The notes under the pieces were generated by a model. The model was not told where the DNA came from, searched no databases, and saw only the letters and a program-made list of their open reading frames with translations. A stretch of 58,552 nt of DNA, the filler included, from Platydemus manokwari (Eukaryota): assembly GCA_037951405.1 (NCBI GenBank). It is 5 parts of 5 records of this genome, joined end to end, with 100 filler letters (N's around TTAATTAATTAA, not from the genome) between each part and the next. Parts side by side here need not be neighbours in the genome. Positions count along the whole stretch, not along the records: positions 1 to 12,456 come from JBBMOY010131121.1; positions 12,557 to 21,678 come from JBBMOY011296206.1; 3 more parts are not named here. One strand, written 5' to 3'. This document shows, in pieces, positions 1 through 13,428 of this stretch (the first letter of the stretch is position 1; the number at the start of each line of letters is the position of its first letter). A program made the position numbers and the translations under genes.

Positions 1-1889
1 TTACTATTATTATTGCTATTATTATTACTATTAGTAGTAGTAGTAGTATTTTTCATTTTTAAATAATATATATAATGTTTTCAGTTATATTGGTTTCATT
101 TTACAAATATTTAATTAATTAATTTAAAAAATTAAGAACAATTAAAATATTAAATTAAATAATTTTGTATAATAATCGATGATTGGATGGATCCCTTGAT
201 AGAATCACTTTGTTTGTGTAAATCCCACCGATGGTCAACTCTTATTGACTGATTTCATTTATTTGTCCAGATATCGATTATTCTGTTTTGGATAATTGTT
301 ATTTATTTGGATCTCATTATCAAATAATTTATTAAACAGATCTTAATATTGTATCAATTATAATATTGATTTTTACATTGCATTGATTGTTACAGGTTTT
401 CGTGTTTTGATATCGACTTTTTGTGTGGTATTTTTAAAATTTTCATTTATAAATTTATAGAACTGAAATGTGTTGGTTATTTTCTTATTTAACGATTGTC
501 ATCTCTTTATATTTGACTATAAATGTAAATATCTGGTAACAACAGCAGTTAAGGAGAAATATTATTAAAAACAATATTTAAAATCGGAAATTTCTTGAAA
601 TTCTAAAACATGATTTCATCAAATAAAATCTGCTCATGATCCAATTAAATTATTCCTCTTCCTAACTGCCACTCTTAACCACCAATTCCTCTTAACCGTC
701 ACATTTTTCTAATGATATCAAAATAAAAAATCCATTTGATTGTTCTTCATTATTATTTTTCTTATAAAAAACTCCTTTTAACCGTCATCTTTTTTCCAAT
801 TCCCCAACAGTGGTGGTTAAGAGGAAGCATTGCCATGTGTCGATATAATATCCCTTCACAAACTTGATATACATGTAGCTTTTTTCATATATTTAATCAT
901 ACGGCTGGTCTGGCATATTTAGTCTATACTTGTATTTTTATCTCTTAATTTTCGTAAGAATTCCAATTATCGGTATTGTATGAATTTGGGGGTTGGTGAT
1001 GTAACCATTGACAATCATAGTAAATGTTACATCACCAATATATCAGTTTTGTTATCTTTTTTAATTATCAGTATCGAAAATGATACTGAATCCACTTCCT
1101 AATCTTTTGATCATGTACACCCACATTAGCAAATTTATCAGTCAAATTATTATTATTGGAAAAGAATTATAAAAGATTACATCATATAGAAATGATAATA
1201 TAAAATGATATTAAGCTACACAAAGTTGTAAATCGATATAATATAATTTACAGATGTTACAATAATCGATTGATGACAAGATCGTTTATTGGTGATTTTA
1301 CAAATGTGCCATTTTGTGTGATCTGTTATGTGATATGTCCCGTTCGATTTGTTTTGTTAATAATGTTAATTATTCGCATCACTGTTATACAGAGAAGCTG
1401 ATATCGAAATCATTGTTGATATCTTATGTGTATAATATTATAACAAATCATTATCGCTAATTATTTATTGAAATAAGTGCTTTATTATTCGGCATTTATC
1501 TATAGCAGTGATTGATATTATTGTTTTAATACCATAAAATGAATAGAAATAATTATTTTCACAATTGTTTGAAAAATATAATCTTGTATAAAATGTGAAA
1601 ATGTTAAGATTTCTAAAAAGATCAATTTGATCAATAAATTTTCATTTTGTTTAATATTTTTTTTACCGTGATTGTTTAAATGGAATAACAATTTAGAAAT
1701 ATATTTCCAGTATTTTTAAATAGAAGTCGGGCCAATTATAGTAGGTCTTGATTATCTTGTCGATTAACGCTACTGACGATGTGTTATTCAACAATATTTA
1801 TTATATATAATAAAATGATATGGAGCTCTTGAAATTATTCGTTTGCTGTGGATGTTCATTAATATTTGTTAGCTGTTGCTATTATATGA

Positions 1890-2197
1890 AAGACTCTTCT
1901 TCTTCTATTTTTTTTACATTTTCTTTATATCTAATCTAAATCTTCTATGCATATCTTCTTTATATATTTTTCTATATAGTCTCAACATCTTCCTCCTTCT
2001 TTTCCTTTATTATTCAGTCATTTATCTTCTCCGATTCGAATCCAGAAGCGTGATCACCATGTTAGATACTACTATTATAGAAAAGACGCATCGAGAACAA
2101 AAGGAAAAGACACGACAATAAATGATGTATTCAAATATAATTATCTAAACAAATAAATATAATTTTATAAATTTAATTCGGTTTTAATATTCTCATT
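1890..2197 (-). mobile_element. Degenerate TRIM-family copy (LTR ~2060-2197, PBS, part of the purine-rich internal region)
   Basis: Reverse complement reads ...tgtcgtgtcttttcc..gatgcgtc..tataatagtagtatctaaca TGGTGATCACG cttctggattcgaatc..., which aligns by eye to 13595-13740. ORF 1876..2121 is its low-complexity antisense reading. Confidence 0.75.
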
Positions 2198-2980
2198 CAT
2201 TTTTAACAAGTTTTTTGTCTTTATTTGACTAACATATTTCATGGAAAAAAATATTTGAGATTCTATCTTTTCTTTAATGTAATAAAATCTTTCCAAGTGC
2301 TAAAATAATATTATCAACACCAATTTGTTTATTTACTGAAGTCAAACGGAATGTTGCGACACGTAAAATTATATATTAAGCAGACGATAAAACTGTTAAG
2401 ATTCTCAGCTTTCTAATAAAAAATAATACAGGCCTGTCTGTTCCTGTTTGATAAGATAGAAAATAAAATGTGAAAAAGAATGAACGAAAATTATTCTTAC
2501 GCCCTTCTTTATGGAATGAGAACAGATTGATGACGATGAAACATTTGATTATGTTTCAATATCTTAAAAAGTTGAACTTTCTAAGAAAGGAAGCGGTAAC
2601 CAGAATGAAAATATGAAGTGTCAAACAGAATCATAACCTCTGAATATAAAAGTACAACGATCAACAAGACAATTTGATAATGCAAAGATTTAACACTTTG
2701 AATAGATTATTTGAGTGTATATTTAAAAGTAGTGCTTGGTTGCTTGGTTACTTCTTATTTATAAAACTAAAATTTCTAGATTTCTTCGCCATCCAGATAC
2801 ATTATTTATAAATCCATAAATCGAATCCAGAATTAGTTTCGTTTTTCATTAAAATACAATTTTTTGAACATTTTATATTTAACCTCAACCTATAACAATG
2901 AAAAGATAATCAAAAAATCCCGGTAACGATTTTTTTCATGTGAAAAATATAATATATCCCTACAAAATTTGATTTATCAT

Positions 2981-3122
2981 TGTGAGGATTTAAAAATTTT
3001 AATTCAAAAATCATATTAATTTGTTGATATAATTATTCTTAAATATATAATTTGGTGTCGTGACATTACAGTTCGCTTTCAATGTGTGTTTTATAAAATA
3101 GTAGTGGCTTACAGAGACCACG
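2981..3122 (+). mobile_element. Degenerate TRIM-family LTR with decayed PBS
   Basis: Starts tgtgagga, ends ttataaaatagtagtggcttaca (3113), then gagaccacg; matches the LTR end and PBS at 13630-13663. Confidence 0.7.
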
Positions 3123-5019
3123 TGTTATCAATGCTGTTAAGGTAATGCCCGTTATAATATGTTAAAAAGACTTTCTTTTTAAGACTATATTTTACATTCT
3201 ATTTTCTTTTATTGGATTCAGTTTTATTTAAAATGAACTTGTAAATGAATGTGATTAAAATGTGATTCTGTTAATCCTCCGAGTTGATTTATTGCTTTTT
3301 TTATAATTTTTTCACATTTGTCCTAATTTAATAGATATCGGTTGGAAAATATTGTATTTATATTTTGTTTGTTTTCCACGATATGTTATGTGTTTATCAC
3401 TTGTTTTATTGATCTATATTTGCTGATGTTTGTTGATTTCATGGAAACAATGAATTTTTCTTTGATTCGATTTGTTGTTGAATTTATCATATTTAAAGAC
3501 AAAATTTGTTTTAATTAAAAGAAAATAAAAGGCTGCTGTTGAAATTGTTATTTAGGTATTTTTGGAATAAATTTACAAAATCCATTGATAATCTAACGTA
3601 AATTTTATTTACTTTATTGCTGTGTTTTGATTAGGTTTTGTTTTTTTTAAGTGTGGCCTATTTTTTTCTATTAGAAATTTAATATTTTAGATTTCTTAAT
3701 TTTTTTAACCACAAAAGTCTTTTGATATTATTATATTGATTTTTATTTCTTTTAATCAATATCCATTAATTGAAAAATCGATTTATAATTAAATGACTTT
3801 ATTGATTGATTAATTGATATTAATATGTTATAATCATATTCAGCCATCTCTTGTCTTTGCCAAGGAACAGGTAGGGTTAATGATAAAACAAATCCATTAA
3901 CTATCTAAAGATTATTGCTGACATTTTTAATATTTATTGGTGGTGAATCGATTAATTTAGTGAAAAATGGTGGTTTTCATTATTTGTTTCTTATTATATA
4001 CCTCACCAATAATAAAATATCGCTGTGATTTTGGTTTTGATCAATTCAGTGGAAATGTTTAATAAATGGTTTTTCAGTAAAATTTTCAGTGCTAAATCGT
4101 GAAAAATACGTTTCAGTCTTTTTCAATGTTTTTATCTCATTTAAAACATCAACTCGGATAAAATCGGATAAACTCTTACAGAGATTATTCTTAGTAGTAT
4201 AGCAGTAGTATTTTCTAATTTAGTTTTCAACAGATTTTTGTTTTATTTATTGATGCTGTTTCAAAATGAATATGTTAAGAAATTTTTCGATTTTATTTTC
4301 TTTGGATTAAAAATTATTGGGATCATTATTTGTGATGCTTACATGGGGTTTATGTTCTTTATTTCTCTTGTTGGTAGAATGGAAATTTTTTTACCATATC
4401 ATTTATATTGTAAGCATATTAAAAACCTGATAATATGTTGAGCAAATTAATATCACAAGTTGAATCAACCTTGTTTTACAACTTACTTTTAGTCGTACTT
4501 ATGATGATTTAGCTTAAAATAACTTTATTTTGAGATTAATCAATATTTCGCGTTATGATTTCATCAAAAGATTTGTCCCCGGTAAATTAGAATGTTTTGG
4601 ATTTAATGAGAAGATTTTATTGATTTTCTATCTTTTGATTGGATAAAACTATCCAATAAAAATACTTTACCAATTATTAAAATGAAAATCATTAAATTTA
4701 TTTGATTTTGATAAAAATTCAGGATTACAGTTAAAATTGGTAGGTTTTATGAAGATGTATCATCTAATTAGTTGTTGTTTTACTGATATGATGATGCCGA
4801 TAATTGTAAATCAACTTAAATCTCGATATTTCCGATCATTCCACGACCGTTTTGTTGAATTTAATAGATTATTGATTGAAAAATGTTTATTAAAAGTTTC
4901 ACTTATTGATTTATATAATAATACATTTTATTAACAATAAATATTTTTCATATAGAATTGATTTTTTACTGAAGCGGCAACCATTGGCGATTGGTCTACC
5001 ATTAGAGTCGATTAGAAAA

Positions 5020-5480
5020 ATTCAAATCGGTGATTCTTGTTTTTTATTGTTTTATAATTTCAAGTCATTCTAATTTGCAATTGGACTAAAACCATTTATC
5101 AGCTATTTGATAAACAAATCTAAAAATCTAAACAGTATCAGTTAATTAATTCCGTATCAGGCTTCTTTAAATTGTTTATTTTGTGGGTTAGCATTGATTG
5201 TATTTAGTGCGGCCATTGCTGACATGCTCAATAAGATCGATTTGAGGAGGCTTCTCAAATTATCGAGAAGCACTTGTTTGATTTTCGATTTATCGAATAT
5301 TGGTAAATCGTATACTGTGATCGGTTTGGCTCAATGGGATCAACATTTTTTTATATTACCAGATCTAGAATTTTTATTCTTTTCTATTTAATGTTTCTTT
5401 CCTATATGCTGCTTAATTAGAATTAAAATTTCGCCACCCCATGATATCGTGACATTTTGTTGAGTCAATGCACCCAATTT
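5020..5480 (-). mobile_element. Decayed Tc1-like transposase fragment
   Basis: Across frameshifts the minus strand gives GCI..YHGVAKF, NVDP..AKPIT, PPQIDLIEHV, PQNKQFKEA*, TIKNKN, in the order of the Tc1 motifs WGC..GVG, DNDPKH, PPQSPDLNPIE, VIKNKG. Confidence 0.4.
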
Positions 5481-6453
5481 ATTTGAGAAAACTCTTATTT
5501 GAGACAAGTTTAAAAAGAATGACTATTTTTTTTAATTTTTGTCAATTCTTAATCTTCACCACTACTCATCCTCCAAATGGTCTAGCTTTACTAAATTATT
5601 GATTTGAAACAGTGGATTTTCCGGTTATGTAAAAGTGAGTCAGTCATAAAAAGTGTAAAAAAACAAGTTGAAACACTGGGATATTTCTTATCAGTCAATT
5701 AATGAATACATCGTCACGTGTATACATACTGCTTGCACAATTCTATGGTTCTTCAATCATGCATATCTGAATTTTATTTTCTTTACTAGCTTTCAATCAG
5801 CAAGTTTGTGAACATCATGATTTTAGTTTTTAGTTTTCGAAATGAATATGAAGCTTCCATGATGCATAAATTGATTTTTTCAAAATAACGAAAAGTTACT
5901 TTTGATTGACCGCACACACGAAAGAATAAATTCATAGTACATGGCAAACAACATAGAATGTGGTACATTGTAGTTGATGTATTTATTTATTTTATTATTC
6001 AGAAAAAGTATATCCAATTGCCACAATTTGTTTTGATTAATTCCATGAGTATGTGTGCATTACGTACTATCCTATTATTCATTCCGCCTCAAAACGGAAT
6101 TCAAAATAGATATTGTTTTAATTATACCATTTGTAAAATACTTTCCCGTCACCAGTATTAGATACTTCGTGTTTCTCCTAAATATTTGAAATATGAAAGT
6201 AACGTTTAGAAGTAACAAGACATCCAATTAATTCATATGAACATATACTTGACACAATAATATCATTACAAGCATTCTTAAATTTTATTGCGTTTCTTTT
6301 GAATGATTATTTTAATGGGAATGCATTGATGAATAATTTGACATTTTTGGTTCACTTTTTGTCCTTGATTTCGTTATTATGTAGGAAATAATTCTTTTAT
6401 AGCTGTGCTGATCAATATCTTATTATTATTATTATTATTATTATTATTTCCAG

Positions 6454-9400
6454 GTTATGAATTGAATATTTTTCGAATTCGTCAAAATATGATCCGTGTA
6501 TATTATCATTATTCAAATACATCAACTAGTAACGATCCAAACAAATCTGATCAAAGTACCGATAAACAACAACTCCATGTAAATACCGAATTGAATGACA
6601 GTCAGAATTTCTTCGCTTTCAAACAACCTTCTTTGAGATTATTCAATAATATTCTTATTGATGTCAGATGTAACAACGATCACATTGAATCATTGAAAGC
6701 GATTGCTGAATCGTTTTATGCTGCCGCTAAAAACATAAGTTATATTCTTTTTAAATTATTATTTATGTTATAATTGGGAATCAATTTATTACTTTTTTCT
6801 CGTTGAGATGTTAAGGAAAAATTTTGTTTGGATTGGATTTTTTTAATTTATTTTTTAAATTAAATTATAAATTCTTATATTCCATAGCAGACGATGAAGG
6901 AACATCGTAAGAAATTGTTTCAAACAACCTGCTTTTGGAAATTTTACATTGTTTTTGTTCTTTTTTCAACTGCGAATTAATTGGAATTTTTGTTCAATGA
7001 ATTGATTATAATTATAAACCATAACAAGCGATTCATTAATATTTTATTGATTTCCAGATCCAGATGTCATCTTCGACGATTCCATGTTGAAATTCGAAAA
7101 ATCTAAGTGCAATCCAATACCTCAGCAGTGGTTATTTCCAATTAATATCAATGCCCTTTATGAGAATGTAATGCTTTCATCGTCTTTGGCCACTTTAAAT
7201 GACGATGAAGATGATATGATAAATCTAGTTGATGATCAATGTGATGCTCTGGATACTTATGAGCATCTTTCAGTGGATGAATATCCAAATGAAAATATAT
7301 TTCCCGAGAAAGAAGAATTGAAAACAATGTCAAATATTGATTATATTAAACAAGGCTTCAGTAGAGTGAAGGATAAAGTATGTTTTCAATTTTAATTAAA
7401 GTGAGAATGTGGAAATATTTTTCGCAGAATTTATGATTTTCATTTCTTATAATTTGATGCTCTTCATTATCATTGATCAAAGAATCTTTTTTTAATTTCT
7501 TTTTTTATTTAAGAATTTGAATATTGAATAGACAGAATTATTTTTGAAAAATTTTCATTTGCATATATTAAACGAATTGAAGAAAGAAATATGTCAACTG
7601 TTCTAGTTAAATCCAATTATATATTTATATGATATTGAATTTATCGATTTATATTGTTAAACTCGGTTAATATCATTTCATAGGATCACTTAATTCATCG
7701 AGCAAAAAGTATTAACCGATCTTTTATTGATATCATGCAAATATTGCTATTAAATGAAATCAATCGTAATTGTAATCGATAGTGAATGGATTTTTGATTG
7801 TGGTGTTATAATAATAATAACCTAATATTGATGTTTAACTTGATAATAATCGATGTTCAAATGTGTCTGAGTTTTTTGAGGAATTAACTGCATTTATTAA
7901 TTGATCTAACTGAAGTCTTTTGGATGAAATCCGATAAATCGAATAATATTATGGTGAAAGACATATTATTATTCCAATCGTTACTTTTCAACTTACAACG
8001 ATAGGTGTAAAACATTATCTAACTGCACCAACTAATTTCATATAATAATATAAATGGAAACAATAATTTTTCTTTGAAGTTTTAATAAAACCATTAAAAT
8101 TGGCTTAAGTAAAAGTTCTTTATTGACTTCCAAAGATTTGTAAGGATTGAATGCAGGTTTACTGATTAAAATTTTCTACTCATCAGAATCGAATAGTATC
8201 CCGAATTAATCACTTTCCAATTAATTCTCAATGATAAATTCGAGCTCATCATTGGTTATTTATTATATCAATTATTTACCTGATTGATTTCAATTTTTGG
8301 TTCCACATTAGCGTATCTCTTACGTCTTTCCAGATGCCATCAATTTTATCGACACATTCTTCATCCTTCATATTAGATGCTTTTATTTGTCTGTTTTTGA
8401 TATTTCTCTTTAAAAAAATGTTTATCAATAAAAGTTACATTTTAACATCAAATCTTGGATGACTTGAATAAGTATGGAAACTGGAAACTAGTATGGAAAT
8501 GCAATATTGTTTATAGTTTAAAAGATCTTTATAATTTCTTTCTCCATTCATTCAGACGAATCAACTAAATTTTATTTTTCTCAATTGCTTGTCGGATTTG
8601 ATTTGAAAAATTTTGAATTGTTTTTTTCAATTTCTGACAACCGGCGCACATACGTCGGAATTAGTATTCACAGCGTAGATTTGATAAAATAGAATTGGTA
8701 ATCCAATCAGACCGAATGGGTTTGAAATTGAAATTGTTATTTTTCATTTTACTTGGCTAATTAATTGTGATAAGTGGAATGATATTGATATCAGAATATG
8801 AATAATTCCCTTTCTTATGAAAATGACAATTTTTTGTTAATCGATGAGATCAATAGCATCCGATATATTGCATGATATTAACAAGACGTTTTTCCCATTT
8901 TCTTTCCAGTCAAAACTTAATTAAAATGAGACAAGTACAAAAATAGCGGCATGATATTTGTTAGTATTTTTAAAATGTTTGACAATCTCCCCTCTATACG
9001 GGAAATTTCCGTTTTTATCTAAATATAAAATTTAAATTGATATAATTTACCATGATAGATGATTTGTAATGATTTGGTCTATCTAAATAAATTTCTTTCA
9101 TTTTATATTGATTTGATTTTTGGAATCGATGTTTAGGTCAGAATTCCAAATTGGAGAGATAGATTTAGTACATTTTCCTCCAAAAATGCTCCTGTGATCA
9201 AAGCGCCCAGTGTAGTGAATAGTAAAAAACAACAAATCAGTCCCACTGATGAATCGATTGTAAATAATGGTACAAGTCGTAAAGGTAATTCAGATGTCAG
9301 ATTGCGAAATAACAGTATTTCCATACATCAAAACACGAGTAAGGAAAATAAGCAATTCTTAACAACCAATCGAGGTCGTTTGGGAAGTAGTTCAGATGAT

Positions 9401-11812
9401 GAAAGTACGAGAAGACAACCGCGCTCCGAGCATTCCGACGGTAAATTGAAGAAATCGGTAAGAGCTATCAATAATTATCAGTATTTAAAGATTTTTAGAT
9501 TATTGTATTTTTATATAAGAATTGTATTTCCTGGAATGTTCATCTTCTTTTGAGATCTATGATATTTCATGAATTTATTTTCGAAGATTGACATTTATCT
9601 GATAAATGATAATGAAAAATTACTCCCGAACCCAGTAAAATCAAGTGCAGAATCTGACATGACGTTATATGTACATCTTTTTAACTGTTTTTCTTATTTT
9701 GTTTAATTTTTTTGTTAAACATCTTTAGTTGTTGTTTATCCTTATTGTCTCCTATTAAATAATTGATTTATATATAGATTCAGTTGTGTAATTAAGAATT
9801 GAAATTCTTCAATTCGTTCATATATTCGAGTCTTATTCATTACAAATAGTTAACAAGGATTTTATTCCTTCAATAAAAGTGGGTAATTATTTTGTAAATA
9901 TTTAGCTGAGTTCAGGTCTGGTTTTAGATTTTTTCTATTGTCTAAGGTTTTTCCTCAATAGGTAATTGTGATTTATAAAATTTATGTGCAAGCATACATT
10001 GCTAAAATGCAAGAAATCTTACCTCAATATGTGGGGACATTAAATTGTTCTGCCATACTTGTACCGAAGGATATCTTTTTCGAATACAACAGTTCCGATT
10101 CTACATCCCCTGATAATAATTATTTTATATAATATGTCTTACAATCTCACTGTGTGTGTGAAAAAACTGAAAATATTTACATCAATATTGGATCAAATAT
10201 TTTTCAATGGTATTTATTATAAAAATTTAAATTGAATTCATGAATTTTAATGATGTTGTCAGTAATTTTAATAATTTTATTGATAATTAATCATGAATTC
10301 AGAAATCAGGTTTACTCACATTTTATCGAGAACTCCGAACTCCTTTAAATGATATTGAGACCTATCAATCATCAAATGAAGATGAAGGTGATGAAATTGT
10401 GATGAGAAATATTGTTGGTCCTTCAAGAACGAACGGTGGCACGAAATTATTAGCCAGTTATGTTGATGAAGTTCGAGACCAGTTCAGTTTCATATCTAAT
10501 CAAAAATTTCCGACTACAACATTGTCTAGATTTTATTCTTCAGAAACCGAATTAACCAAAACTAAAAATGCTAACAAATTATTTTCCAAATTTGTGAAGG
10601 TATATCTCCTGCTGTTTTTTTAATATCAAGATTATCATAAAAATAATGATTTTAATACAAGAAATAAGGTTCCTTTTAGATAAGAAAGCTTTAGCTATGA
10701 CTATGGAGGTTCTTATCCATTCACTAGTAACTGTTAATGATATTATTGATTTGTGATGTGTGCGTATAACGTCAAATTATGATGCACGAATACAGTGTTT
10801 TACAAACGGTTTCCCAGTCGTTTTTAATGCATGCTTTATAAAACATTAGCGGCTTAGAATAATTATTCGAAATGCAGAATAAGCTAGTCTTGATAAATAA
10901 TATGTTGGTATAAGTTTTCAAGCCTGCATTTCAAAAATATTAAGTCTATGAATTCTCAAGCAATGTTTATGCGAAAAGTTAGTCCACAGATCTCAAAAAT
11001 TCAGAAAAAATTTCTTAAAAACTCAGAAAATTTTCCAATAATGTAATATTGTTTTAGAAACATATTTTTCGACATTCTACAATTGCCCGCTAATAGATTT
11101 TTTCAAAATTAACCAATATTATGACAGTGTGTTGATTTTGTTTTGTAATTAAAATTAGATTAATTTGTTTAAATAACTGTATTTAAATAAATAATTTAGT
11201 GTCGTGTCTTTTCAGTTCGTTTTTAAGTAGTAGCGGCTTAAAATCGATATAATTAAAATATTTACGGAAATAAATTAATAAAGCTGCCTTTCATTTTTGA
11301 TTTTGATTTTTCAGGTAGAGGATATGTGTTTGGATAGTTGTGGTATCGTTAGTATTATGTTACCGAAATTTTATTTAAATAAATCGATGTCATCCATTCT
11401 CCACGGTACTGCACAACTGGCTGCGATAACTAGTGGAGCATATCAAAGAAGAGCTGAGAGAATCAGTTTACAATTAAGTATTGATGAATCGCAGTCGGAA
11501 CCGAAACTTCCGCGTCTTTTAAAATCTCCCAATCTATCTAATCATCAGAAATTTCAACAAAAATTGAATCAGTCTTTCAAAGAGCTCGATATTTCTGAAA
11601 CAACGACCCATATTGTTCCAACATCTGATGAAAGTTCAGAAATGCACAGCTTGATTAGCTACATCCAGATGCCACCAGTCGAAGTACGTAATCCGAAAAT
11701 GGTTGAACGGTTAACCAACAAACAAATCGATTATGCAATGTTTGTTGAAGAATTACGTAAAAAAACTCTCGGTTTACATCAACCTCTGTTAACAGGGATG
11801 ATTATTTTTTAA
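6454..11812 (+). CDS. Multi-exon hypothetical protein, 5' end not found
   Basis: Phase-compatible GT-AG exons 6454-6738, 7058-7377 and 9137-~9457, then ~10303-10599 and 11315-11812 (TAA). Middle exons near 9500-9670 and 9962-10209 need frameshifts. No domain recognised. Confidence 0.6.
7700..9030 (-). mobile_element. Decayed Ty3/gypsy RT-RNaseH relic inside an intron
   Basis: Minus-strand remnants in the expected order: PYR, KENGK, PFGLIGLPILF (cf. MPFGL..AP..FQ), LVGAV, KKLRH; many stops. Confidence 0.4.
11128..11242 (+). mobile_element. Solo TRIM-family LTR remnant in an intron
   Basis: ttgtttaaataactgtatttaaata..gtgtcgtgtcttttcagttcgttttt..agtagtagcggctta matches the 3' half of the TRIM LTR; no PBS follows. 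Confidence 0.65.
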
Positions 11813-12456
11813 CATTATCTATTGTTCTTTCGGTTATGTTTTCAATTATGTTTTTATCATCAGAGATAAGTAAAACCAATTTATTATTTGAAAGCGTTCG
11901 GTTTGTATTAAATGATTTGAGATATCTTTTGTTGTTCTTTTGAAAAATGTGGTGTTGTTATCGATTACTGTGATATACATTTGATGCTAGTGAAATTTGA
12001 AGAAAATATATACATGGTGAAAATTTTCATCTTGGAATTTATTTTCATACGACTTTAATAATAATAATAATAATATCTAATTAAATATACGTGTTTTATT
12101 TTCTATTTTATGAGTGCAATTAAATATCAAATCTTAATTCTTGATTGAATATTTCCAAGATTTATTTCTCGAATTACAATGCCAGATCAATATAATTTAT
12201 TCAAGCCCGAAATTAATTGGATCACAGATCGACTTGATTTATTGTTCGTGTGAATAAATTTATTAATATTCTACGATTAACTCAACAATTTTCTGATTTT
12301 AAATTAGGCTATTTAATTTAATTTTATCAAGTATTTGAAAGAAACCGATAATTTTTTAAAGAAATTTTGGCTAAAGTTAAAAAAAAGGGTCCTAAAATAA
12401 AATTTTAAAATTGTGGAGTGTATTGCAAAAATTTATATAGATTATTTAATTAAATT

Positions 12457-12556
12457 NNNNNNNNNNNNNNNNNNNNNNNNNNNNNNNNNNNNNNNNNNNN
12501 TTAATTAATTAANNNNNNNNNNNNNNNNNNNNNNNNNNNNNNNNNNNNNNNNNNNN
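12457..12556. other. Artificial contig linker
   Basis: 44 N + TTAATTAATTAA (stops in all six frames) + 44 N. Confidence 0.98.
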
Positions 12557-12625
<69 letters not shown>

Positions 12626-12630
12626 AATAA
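12557..12630 (+). repeat. (AAT)n microsatellite at contig start
   Basis: Long AAT run directly visible. Confidence 0.95.
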
Positions 12631-13428
12631 TAAATGTAAAATAAAGAATATTTTATAACATTTTTTAAAAATTTTATTCACAATCGTCATAAAAAAGTAT
12701 CCGTTCAGTACCGATATTTTGTTAATTTAACCAAATCGACAGTTATCCACAAATTAAGTAAAAATAATTTTCCAAAAATATTTAATAATATTAATCTTAT
12801 AAATATTATTCATACCCGTTCCAAATTCTTCGAATTGACATTTAAATTATCTGAATGAAAAATTTATTTCATTTTATAGTTAAAAAATTCCAAGAAAAAT
12901 TATTAATTTTTAATCTGATTCTTTGAAATTCTGAATGGCATTTCTAATTACCTGAAATAGAGTTTTGCTTTTGTGTTGAAAAGATAAAATGATTGATCCG
13001 ATATCTATCGCTACATATGGTTTCATTTCGGTTTGACATTGACACACAATCTCTGATGTTATTGATTTGATAAAGTAGGGGAATTTAAGCGGAAAATCGA
13101 GACAAATACAATTGAAATAATTAGTTTCATTAATATTACACTATCAAAGGGGATTAACATTTGATTGGGATAATTGTGATAATACAAATACACTAATTCA
13201 CATTAGGTGTTATTCTCAATTAACGATGATCAAAAATTGTTATATAGGTGCGAGGGTTCTTTGTTGATTTTTTATTTCTGAACTTATTTTATATGAATAG
13301 CTTATTAAATAATCTCTTCAATCAGTTTGAGTAACAGTAATAATAATTCATTATCAAAGAAATTGACCTATTGGTGAGCGACCTTATGGGATTGTCTATG
13401 TTTAACTACTTGACCACATTATCACCAC

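Noticed and set aside
830-1400. Minus-strand EGILYRH and GTYHITDHTKWH as integrase pieces
   Set aside because: Order is reversed relative to an integrase and the motifs are too short.
1876-2121. Hydrophobic 81-aa ORF
   Set aside because: Antisense reading of the purine-rich TRIM interior.
5786-6170. Possible hAT transposase remnant (HILCC..MNL)
   Set aside because: Only one weak motif and no termini.
10120-10140. In-frame TAA as a sign of a reassigned genetic code
   Set aside because: The cyclin T and BAR-like genes end in TAA and the long ORFs have no internal TAA/TAG; standard code fits.
12501-12512. TTAATTAATTAA as a biological palindrome
   Set aside because: Identical in four N-padded gaps; synthetic linker.
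12505-12690. Poly-Leu ORF
   Set aside because: Reads through a microsatellite and N gap.
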